The notes under the pieces are model-generated. The model did no database searches, was not told the DNA's origin, and saw only the letters and a program-made list of their open reading frames with translations. The translations under genes were made by a program, and so were the position numbers. Shown here piece after piece: positions 19,801-31,800 of a DNA stretch of 32,777 nucleotides. Location of the stretch: assembly GCA_043228905.1 (NCBI GenBank), contig JBHGNT010000346.1, forward strand, positions 1-32,777, read 5' to 3'. Position 1 is the first letter of the stretch, and every line of letters begins with the position of its first letter. Origin of the DNA: Azolla caroliniana. Its lineage: Eukaryota; Plantae; Polypodiophyta.

Positions 19801-22800
19801 ACAAACCATGATTGCAACTAGCAATATTATATCATGATAGAGTATAAAATAGAAATCCAAACAAATAGTTGTAAGATCATTAGAGTACTAGATAAAGATT
19901 TTCATTATGGTCTAGTCTAGAGCCAAAGGACAAAAATGAGGGGATGTTTTCATTAGCGTAGTAGTCTACATAGTTGGAAGGGCAATGTCTCATTCATGGT
20001 GAATCCAATTTGAGGTTGGCACAATCTGATTTGTAAATTATGGCCTTCTTCAGAATTTCTTAACAAGACACTTCTTCCACTTCAACTTCATCAAATTCTT
20101 ATCAGGCACACAGCAGTTTATCTTAAATATATAATGAAATAAATCTGAATGAAAACTATATAACCTTTTATAATAGAAAGGAGAAATGATTATGTAGTAT
20201 TCCGATATAGCTCTGGCTAACAATGTCGCTAACTGAAAAGAATTGAGCCTTACAATTTTCATTGGATCTCTGTGAAGCCCCAGTTTATTTCTGTTTGAGT
20301 TGGCATTAAATTTTTCCCAAATTCCATTGCCTCCTTGGATATCTCATTCGCAATACCCTTTGCCATTATTAAAATTGGCAAATCTGGTCCACATTCCAAA
20401 GAAATTAAGCCCGCATGAATATATCATCATTTCTCTTGGTTGGAAGATGACCCACTACAAGCCATTCTTTTTACACATCACTAGATGGATTTATTATTTT
20501 GACTGACTATGCAAGATCATAGAATACAAAGACAAATGGTGATTGTAACTATTCTTACAAGAACTCAAGAGATGTAGAGAAGAAAGAACAATATATGGAT
20601 GTCTTTTAAGAGGTCAAAGTGACCTATAACACCAAATAAGAGATTACACCTTCAAATGTTGTCTTGTCTTTGTAACTAAGTAAATAAGCAAATAAAAATG
20701 AAAGTGACTAAAGAATCCAGTTACTTACATGAAGTCAGATAGATTGTAATTTTTATCTTCAAAAGGTCTCTAGCATAGGCCAATCTAAAATGGAGAGATC
20801 TCCTAAGCAAAGGAAACACCTATGATGGCAGGAGATAATGATGTTTATCTATCAATGACAAGGGTGGCAAGTTTGTGGTTCACAAGGTTGGGGCCTACAT
20901 GCGCCACAAATTGCTAGTCCAGTCTATTGTAACCCAACTTCAGGGGCCACTTGTGTAGGGCTTGATTGACTTGTCACATGATGAGGTTAAAGAATTTTGT
21001 GACTGTTCTTTGTTGATAAGTTTGTGTGGTTGTATAGATGTCCTTAACTCTTGAGTTCTAGCAAGAACAATCTCAAGTATTGTTGGTCTTCATATTCCAT
21101 TATCTTGTGTAGTGGGGCAAAACCTAGGTCAGATGCAATGATATCTCCCTCTTATTTCATGAATAAAGTACAGCGGCAAAAACCTTGTCACATGATGAGC
21201 AGCCCTGATGATACAATTAGCAGATTCCTTCTTCCAGAGGTGTGGATCTATATTCGCCCATCACACTACAGAGCACATGGGATAGATGTATATCCATATC
21301 AGAGGGCCGATGATGAATTCATCCTCCAATGTGTGTAAAAAATGTCCGTTACCGTGGACCATCTTTCTACCTAGAGATGCCCATATTCTTTTGTTATCCA
21401 ATTTGATAATATCAGTTCCACTTTCCTCATGCTCAGATGAGGACAATGCAAGTTACATTGAAAAGAGGATAGTGCATTTATGTGTATGCCATGCGACTCA
21501 AACCAATGTTGCATTTTAACATACCACTAATGACTATCTCATGTTCAGCAAGTTGTTTTGATGACACTATAGGTAGAAATCACTACTGTCAACCTTGAGT
21601 ACCTTTGTTCATGGAACTCCCAAAGCAATTGGATATCTATCAGTGATTTAAATAATGTCTTCATGATTATTGGGGCTGCTTCATCTCTGCCTGCATTATA
21701 TCAAGGGGCAATCATTGAGACTAAAAGTTTCTCCACCTCTGCTCCTTACCATGCAGACAATCATTGAGACTAAAAGTCTCTCCACATCTGTCCACGTATG
21801 TGCCTTATGAAAGCTTGCTTCCCAAATGTCTATTCTATAGAAAAGAGTTGGCTTTAAAAGCGTATAAAAAAACCACAATTTAGTTTGTGGTTCTTGGAAA
21901 TAGATATGTGCAGTAGAGTGCATGTTGTGCATAATGATGTAGATGTACATTAACTGTGGATATGAATCAACAGGGGGGATCTTAGAGAGCTATAAATTGA
22001 AATTTACTACTTTCCATCTGCCTGGGTGATGGCTTGCACCTCTCAGAGAATCACCATATCTACCATTATATGATGATATCATAATATTTGCTAGTATGGG
22101 GGATATAGTGCTATTGGAAGTACTTCAATGCATGAACTACAAATGAACAAACAACTATATCTGTCACATGCGAAGCCATGTATGGAGACTGAATGGCAGA
22201 AGACATTGGTCTAAAGCAGCTCAAGATATGAGTGAATTAACAGAATAGGGCACACACTTTCTAGCCTTGAGAAGTGTACATGGACTGATACAAAATGTTT
22301 TGTTATAATGGCCCTGAAGTGACAAGCTCAAGATATGAAGGAAGTAACAGAATATGGCAAACACTTTCTAGCCTTGAGAAGTGTACATGGATTTGTGATA
22401 CATAATGGTCTGTCAAAATGGCTTAGAAGTGACAAGATCAAGATAAGAGAGAAGTAACGGAATATGGCGAACACTTTCTAACCTTGAAAAGTGCACATGG
22501 ATTCATGATACATAATGGTTTGTCATAATGGCCCAGATCATATGCTTTGACATGTTGGAACTGAAGGAGGTGCAAACATAGTTGATTACCTTATGGAATC
22601 TCCATCTCTTATACCAGAAACAAGAGGGTTCATTATCTGTGGTAGACATATTGCCTTGCCACCAGATCATGCATATCTAAAAATGGATGCACAAAGTGTG
22701 CATATGCTAAGAACAAAAAGTGGGCAGTCTAAACACCAATTTAACACAAAGATAGTTGTGGCATATACAATGACACACTAGATTTAGATCTTTTCCCACC

Positions 22801-25800
22801 CCTAGCAGATTGTCAAAGCCATTGCAAAAAGCAGCCACAACTGCCATTCCCCCTACACGACGGGCAATACAACCAAACCTGGTATGATGAGGAAAGTCGT
22901 GATATAAGGAGACTATTGCAACACAAAGTACGTAAGAGAAACCTTCCGATGCGTCCTGAAGAAGAAGGGATCACACCTGTCTATCGTTTGTTCCTAATCC
23001 AAGAAGTAAAGGAGCATGGAAAATGTATTATGAGAGGCAATCTACCAACCAATTGACCTCATCTCAGGTGTGGCATGAATATGCAAAAAGTTTTATATGG
23101 TATCCCTGTATCCCTGGGTAACCAACCAATTGATCTCTGCATTGGAGCAGCCCATGTCAAAGATTTTTCTAAGGCACAAGTTTCAGTCTAAGTTTGGCAC
23201 CCTATATTTGGTTATATTTATTGTTTGTTGTTCTCAATGATGAGACAGCATGCTTAGCTTTATTTGATATTTGTATTACGGTTCTTATTTGTGTTCAATA
23301 AATGGCATCAATGGGCACAGAGATCAAGTTTTTTTATTTGTGATCAATAAACAGTGTCAATAGACACATAACCATTACTTTTTTGTGTTATTTTTGCGAG
23401 TTCCAGTCTTTCTTGAAAAATCCCACCTCTAGGTAAAATATAGTGCTCCCCAAAACAAAGTGCAAATTGCAAGGATGGCCAATGAACATTTATAACTTTG
23501 CCACTTCATGTTTGCATGAGAACTGCAGTTAGAGCATGGCGACATTCTTCACTGAAATTCTACAAAATATGTCTAGGATTTTGGCTTTGCCTTGAGATAT
23601 CCATCTGATAACATTACCCTCTCTTCAACTACAAAAGGTCACCTCTGGGGATTTTGGCTTTGCCTTGAGATATCCATCTGATAACATTACCCTCTCTTCA
23701 ACTACAAAAGGTCACCTCTGGGGATTTTGTCTTTGCCTTGAGATACCCATCTAATAATATTGCATCTAATAATATTGAGCACCCTCTCTTCAAGATGTAG
23801 TCATCGTCTTATTTATATATTGCATGATAATAGACTAGGCATCAATTATGGTTCAAAGACATACATCCTAGGCAAATACACTTGCATTAACATGCTGCAT
23901 TGGGTGTGAAGGGCTTTTTACTCCAATGGAAAAAAAAAATTACAGAATACTAGGAGTCAGAACAATCTATTTTCTTTAAAGACCTACAAATTAATTAATT
24001 AGTGCATAGATTTAGCGCAGCAAAAATCTAACTTGGTATAATATCTCTTACCAAGCATCAGATGCATGTGAATCATCACCATTACTTCCAACATGTAAGT
24101 AATAATCAGAATCCAGCTCCCAAAGTGAGGGTTTCCCTTCCTGTGGTTGGAAATATCCAAGGAACCTGTAAAATAAAGAGGTTCAAGTTATATGAAGTTG
24201 ACAACCATAGATAAGATGGGGAACTGAGCTTCATAACCTCACAAGTTAATGGCATCCTGCTTTTCACCATCTGTGTATGTATTGCTGTAATAGCGCTTAA
24301 TTGACTTCAAAAACTCTTGGGATTGTGTGGTTGCCTTCCACTTACCATGTCTCTCTGGAAAAACCTGTAAAAAAGGAAGATTAAATGTACCTTTACAGAA
24401 TACTACACCATACAAAAGTTTGGTATCTAAAACATTTCACAAGCTATATTTTACATATAATATTGCTTACCGTATTATGAGCAGCAGATCCACCATATTG
24501 TAATGCCAATGCATCTCCCATATTTTGATACATATCCATCAGAGCCTCTGCTATACTGCTGTGTGGATCAACCTTGGGAATATCTGACAGGCCCAAGGAG
24601 AATAACTGATGACCTAAGGCAGCCAAGCCATAAGCATATTGAGCAACATTTGTCCGATCCAAGCAGTCAATACAGTTTGTTCTCAAAACCCCACTCTGAT
24701 ATCTTGGTTCCTTTCTATCTTTGCCATCATTTTGACCCTCTTCTTGTACAAATTCAATCTGTTTACTGCTCTTTGGTTCAATCTCTGTTAACTTTGGCAA
24801 TTCACTTAAGTCAGTCAAAGATTCTCTCAACTCTTTCGCGGGCGACAAAACTTTTGGCGCCAAAACATCTCTGTCTGTAAGAACACTGTAGAAGAAATCT
24901 GATCGCTTCAGTGGTAGAATTTATTTTGCTTGCATGAATAATCATATAATATTTGTGATTTTTCATCTAAAGATAAGAAACACCATAATTTGAACACATT
25001 CCACAGTACATCACAAACACTCTTATCGGCATGTTTAATGAAAACAACCTTCTCACATTTATGCATAAGCAACTCCATAAATCACAAATATAAGTGAGTG
25101 ATAGTTCCACTAGCAGTCAAAACATATTATTTGAGCTCACATTATACAGTAAATCACTCACTAGATTTTAGTTTCTGTCACACCAATTGATAATAATAAG
25201 ACTTCTTTCTCCACTGTATGAAGTCAAAGGAAAATATTGATGCCCAAAAACAGGAACGGACGGAAATGATGGAAGAAGGGTTTCATGGGAGGTTGAAAAG
25301 GAAGGGAAAAAAACTATATCAGAAGGTTCAACATACAATTAATGGACTTGGGAAAGATGAAAGATCCTCCACTGAAATCCACTGGCTACATTTTCACGGG
25401 ACATATTCCTACCACTATGGACAATATAGATATCTCGCAGTCATATTCACTATGGTCAAGAAAATTTTGGATTCATATCCATAATAGCAGATCTCATAGC
25501 CACAATCACTATGATCAAGCTACTGCAGATAAATATCCTGTGTTCAACTTTTCTAAAGCCTTGCTATCTTCCATGTGATATTGACGAGTGCATCTCTGTT
25601 TTGATCAGTTATTCACAATCATTTTAGTGAATTTTCATCTATGTCAAGATTTTGTGGATTTTCATCTTAAAACTAAAGCAATGAGTTACGGAAATGTGGT
25701 TATCTTTCTTCATAGACAAGATAACTATAAATTTTGTGGAAGTTTGCATTGCAGTAGCTTGTTATTGATTCAGTTTGAAACCTTTTGGTATTGGATATGC

Positions 25801-28800
25801 ATGCAGAGAATGAGAGAGAAAGAGATCCTTACTTTGAGCTCAAATCCACACTAGAATGATGAGTGCTAGTCTTCACAACTGAAGGTCTGCCGGTATAATA
25901 ATACCCAGTTAGATCGAGTGCTTGACTAGCAACTCTCCCAAGCACTGCTAAAACATTTGCAGACTTACTGCAAATCAAAGAATGATCCATAATGTCTCTG
26001 TAACATGATCGTAAAACTGAACTTTTATGGTATTCATCTACCTTTTTGCAAACTTATGGAAGTCCCAATGAATGAAATGTAATTTCTCTCCCTCTGCAAA
26101 AATCTGGTTCAGATAGCCAACAGCAGTTGCAAATTCACGGCGCAGCATCATTTCGCGAGGTCTCTTCTCAACAGTCTGATTGGCGAGACAATTTAACTTT
26201 TGAAAGTAAGTGAATGCCATCCATCCAGTATGCATAACTGAGAAAAGATACAACACAATACACAATTGCCAGAAAGAACATATATTCAGATTTTGAAGCA
26301 CCTTGATAAGATTAAGGACAATGATAGGACTTCCATAACGTTTTGCAAGGTCTTCGAAATGCAGTTTTGTTGCCTGATAGGTTGGATCATTCACTTGCAC
26401 TACAACCATAAAAATCAATTTGTGTATGTGTTACGATTTATTTGAGATCTATTGGTAGGAAACAAAGTTAAACCAAAACTCACATATAATGTCTGGTTTT
26501 GGACTGAGGCGAGATGCTTCTTGAGACCAGAAAAGAGGAATGGAGCCCCGCATTTGCACAACAGATGAGACTTCCCATCCCATAATCCCAGACTCTTCCT
26601 TTGATATTATTTGTTCTGTTTCTACATCATTTGCTACTCTCCCTTTGTCATTAACTCCTCTTTTAAGGTATCTGCATCATCATGGAAACCTCATTCACAA
26701 ATAGCATAACATTAATAGAATATAAAAAGAAGGTCGTCAGTCCTGTCTTACCTTGTCCCTGCAAAGTGGCGAGATCTTCTTGCAATGAGAGTAACAGAAA
26801 AAACCCGCCCAAAAATGGACATCTTTACCTGAACCATAGACATGCACTTTTCTATAAGAAAACAGAACACTGTTGAATGCACATATAAAAAGAGCACTAA
26901 TGAAATGTACAAACAAAAATAATGGTTTCAATTGAAAGATCAAAGACAATTTGCAGGTGATCTCAGGAATATTAAATACGGTATAAATATACCTAAATGC
27001 AACTCTGCACAAATAATTTCAGAGATGGGATGGTACCATGCTTTTCCATCTTTAAACAGTAAAACTAAGGCTAATGAGACACATTTGGGATTATTCCTAC
27101 TGAAACCGGCCTTCAGATAGTTTCAAAATGATAGAAAACAATTTTACATACACACACTGATTAAACCCATCTAACAGTAGATCCATAAATTATGCAGAAA
27201 AACCCAATTGTTTTGCCTGCATCAGAAACCCTAAGGTTTGGCATGGATAATAAGATCTTGTTTTGTAGATAAGATGTTACAAACAGAAACTTGGAGGAAA
27301 CAAAGATAAAAAATCCGTCACCTCCAAAAAGTATGTCAAAGCCACGAACAAGCATCATAGTAATATTTGCAGTCCACAACTGAGAACACGCATATAGCTA
27401 AGGACTTATAGCATACCATCCAGCAAGAGTGTAATCCAGAGTTAAGCATGCTAAAAATTTGATCAATGTAATTTGTGACTATTTATCAGTGCAGCCACAG
27501 TTTGCTTTTCAACATTTTTATTTAACTTTAGCACAACATATTCTTATGTTTCTGCTGCTTTCAATTTTACTGCTGGACAACGGATGTTTTCTCCCACCAA
27601 TATAGAGTAACTTCAGTTCATCTTTTCTATAGATGCATCAGAAACTAATAAAAGCGAAGTACTTTCACAATATAAAGAATAATCCTCAAAAGGTAGAATC
27701 CCGCATTCAAGAAAGTTGAAATGAAATAGAAGGCATTACTTTCTACATGATGAATGCACAATGATGCTACCTAAGTTGCTTCTCAATACCCAATTGTAGC
27801 ACAGAAAAAAATTCTTTTCATTTGATGTTTAGAATTACATCCCCCCCAATCCAACAATAGAGTTTGTACAATGCATGTGTTGAACACCAATATATTAATT
27901 TCCAGTAATAATTGATATCACCATTTACATGATTCTTTATGAATTGATAATATAAATTCATCCTCGTTCACGGCAGTATTCCTCATTTTTTTCCACCTAT
28001 GTTGCACATCTCCACCTGGAATACTTGAATCTGTGGATGAGTGCGATTGGTTGACATATGCACTTCATTATGTTTCTTATGACTTGAACCCAAGTTGAAA
28101 TTTTTACAATTTAAAGTCTAAAAATGTGTTTCTAAAGTCGAAATATTCCTAGCACACATTTTATCTTCTAAAACATGGCATGCAAGAAAAGGAAGAGAAA
28201 GCATGTGCACATAAGCTGCTACTGTCTAATTGAACAAATAATTTGAGAAAATGGTTCAAAAAGGACTGACAAGATATGGGAAGTAAACAATAGTACATAT
28301 GCAAATTTCGTGTGACAAATAACACTTGACAGAAGTTGCAAATTTTTATTAAATGACTAATTCATCAGACGCAGAAGGTAAGAAAGAATTACAAGAATAC
28401 TCACTTGTTCAAATGATCCATGCACGAGAGCAATCGTCCATCTGTTGTTGTTGAGTCGTTGACGTATAGTCCGGGTTAAAAAAGAATTCCAAACAAACAT
28501 GTTTTCATATGGCATCCTCTCAGCCTCATCAACAAGCATATTCCTTTGTAAGCTTTGCATAATTGGGTATGTGCAGCTAAAAAAGAAGTCCTTAGTCAAG
28601 TCCACACTTGAAAGCAACTTCTTATACCTGTAAATATCTCTGGTCTTTTTAAAAATTTCTCTCCCCTTCCCAACCTCCCTTGATTTATTTAGTTAAATTT
28701 ACTTTGTTTTGTTGTTCTCAAAGATGAGACAACATGTTAAGATGTAATCTGTTGTTCAGTTCCATAGGCCATTTTGATCTCCTAAATATGTTCATATATC

Positions 28801-31800
28801 TTCCTTCTATGTCTAATTTCATTATACTTTATCTTGGACTTGCATAAGATTCGCATGAATGTAACTTCTGGTTTCATAAGCCATTTCAGCCTTTTTGAAG
28901 CACGCCTAGGATTTACACTTCTTTAAGAGCAAAGACTCAGCAACAGCTTTGTGACATATCAGCGAAATATAACCCCCAAACTCAATTGAGGATCCACAAG
29001 CATGATATTCTTATGCAAAGTGCTTGTATCATGTCCATAACCAACTTCTCATAACGCAGCCATCAGAGTCTCACTTCACTACCACCACATTTCTCACTTC
29101 ACACAAGGTTGGGAAGGCCATCCAGAACCATCAGCAAGATCACACAAGACTACAAGGTGAACACCTCATATATGTGTCCTTAGTAAAGGATGGTTCTGAC
29201 ACATGGACCATGCATATGAATGTGCCTATCCACGAGTCAAGAGACCCCTCCAACTAGGAAACTATCCGATTTCCATGATTGGTCCCACAATGCCAAACTT
29301 TGTGAAGTTGCATGGCTTAGGCAGGTCTTACAGGACTTTACCTTCCACATCATCGGACTAGTTCAGATCATTTGCGAGAACCTGAGCAACATACAGTTAG
29401 CAAGGTTCCAATTTTCTATGACTGAACAAATCACATTGAGGTGCATTATCACTACAACTATGGGTGGATCATCACAGAAGACATAGATCTCAAACATATC
29501 TAGACCAATGATAAGACAACAGATATTTCCACAAGGCCCTCAGCATGCACAAATTCGGATAATTTTCAACAGCCCAAGGCCTATATGTCCACTCAATTTT
29601 CGACAGCCCAAAGCCTATTTTTGGACAATTCATTGACCTCTTTGGACAGTGCATCGATGGGGTAACAAACTACATCACACATGGAAACAGCAAGGGTATC
29701 AACATATTAGGTGCACCCGTCTACATTATTCTTTATGCTGATAACATAATCTTGATATGTGAATCTCATGCTATTGAGTAAGCAGATATGCATAAATACC
29801 TCTAGAAGAAAGAATGAGCTAATTGTGTCATCAGGGAGTGGAATCTGAAGAGCCCTATGTTTGTCATTGCACTGTTTTTATGAAATAAGAGGGAGATACC
29901 ACTGCCTCTTTAAGGAAGGCTTTGGCCCACTAGCACGGTAATGGAATGAGGACCAATAGTGATTGTGGCCTTTCTTGCTAGAAGTCAAGATACTCAAGAC
30001 ATTGTTGAAGGACAACAATGCAGCCACACAAGTTCATCAACAAAGAACAATCACAATCTTCTTCAGCCCCGTCACTACTATTAATCCTACAAATCAATCA
30101 AGGGGTACACAACACGATCCTGACCAGGACATTGCAAAGGGATTATAATAGATCGGACAATAGCAATTTTTCATGCAGATAGGCCCTGGTATCATGGACC
30201 AAGATCTCACCACCATTATCATTGACAAATAAAGGTTGTTACCTTCCACCATCACCGGTGGTTCCCTTGCTTCTGAAACCTCTCCATTTTGGATCATCCT
30301 ATGCAAGCAATCTTTTGAAGACAAAATTACAATATATCTAACTTTAGAATTTTACATGTATAGATGACAAAATTCTTTAGTCACATTTTATCCTATTTTT
30401 ATTTACTTTTTTACTTAGTTACATTTATTTTGGTTTGCTCTCAAAGATGAGCAACAATTAAGAGGTAAGCTCTTGTTTGGGTTTATCGGCCATTCTGGCC
30501 TCTTAAAAGACATTAATATATCTTTCTTTCTTTCTGAAATGATGAATGGAACTGCAGCCACATATATAGAAACTTTATACCCAAAAGATGGCCTACTACA
30601 AAGATCTGTTCATGAACATATCAAAGGATGGAATCATCCAAACCCCGAGGCACATTGAAATCTATGTCACATTGCACCCATAAAGCAATAAGCCAACTCA
30701 AAGTTTCCTCCCACCAACTAGAGATTGAAGCAAGACAAGCACTTCAAAATGCTTAGAGCTGAAAAAAATTACAAATTATGTGAATGGGAGATAAAAAACA
30801 AGGAGCACTGTGTGTGGATGCACATCAGAGAGGCATATTGTACATATTCCACCATCAGTCGATAAATCGTGGAGAAGGCTGACCCACAACAGTTTGGCCA
30901 AATCTTTCTTGAGCTTCAAAAGCATGGGCAATCAACCCTTATTTTAGCATGCAGGATGCAATGGCACAATTGTACAATCATCTGAGTTTTTCTTCCATAG
31001 CTCCACACCTTCACTAACAACATGCCAAGAAATCACCATAGCACGAGTAGAGGATTGCCAATGATATAGAAACCATGAGTACAAATATGTAAGGCACATG
31101 GAGACTAGTACCACCACCAAAACATCAATATCATTGCTCACCATGTCTAATCCACACAAGGATATCGACATGTACTTGTTCAAGGTGGTCATAACCTCAT
31201 TCAACGGCACCTACCACCCTCAGATACAATGTCCAATTACCACTGCTCCAACCTAAACATATTAGTTATGCACTTGATGCTTATAAACCATCTCCAAAAT
31301 CATTCCACCACATGCATTAAGATCATGATCATGATCATGAAGCTTTAGGGAAATCTAGAGCTTTTATTTCCCTCTCAGTATGGATGACATGAATTCGCCC
31401 ATATTTGTAATCATGATTTATCCCATAGGCTGATTTTGACCTCTAGAAGTCATCAACATATGATGCTTTCTTTCTCGTTCAGTCTCATAGGCAATTTTGG
31501 CCTCATCACCCTTGTCACCGAAAAATAAAGGCCATCGTCACCCAGTGTGAAGGTTCTTCCCTCATGCTGGGTGATGATGGCCTTTAATTTTTATATCTAA
31601 GTTTAGAATCTTAATTTCTTACATATGTAGATTGATTAGTACCAGATGTTTAGTTTATTTATTTTGATTTGTCGTCTCAAAGACAAGAAAACATTGTAAG
31701 ATGTAAACTCTTGTTTGGTCTTAAAGACCATTCTGGCCTCTTAAAATACAGTAATACAACTTCTTGCTTTCTTTCTTTCTTTCTCACAGAAATATTATAA

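Noticed and set aside
19900-20260. Minus-strand reading resembling a LINE C-terminal zinc finger (GHNLQI...LCRL)
   Set aside because: The match is loose, and adjacent sequence fits a + strand copy better; treated as over-reading.
24503-24880. 125-aa + strand ORF and similar antisense ORFs over VSR, PUB and SAC exons
   Set aside because: They overlap well-supported exons on the opposite strand or frame and have no independent features.
25218-25854. Chain of three + strand ORFs in SAC intron 9
   Set aside because: No recognisable motifs, and the flanking SAC exons join in phase without them.
31320-31340. (GATCAT)3 self-complementary run
   Set aside because: Short microsatellite; too small to interpret.
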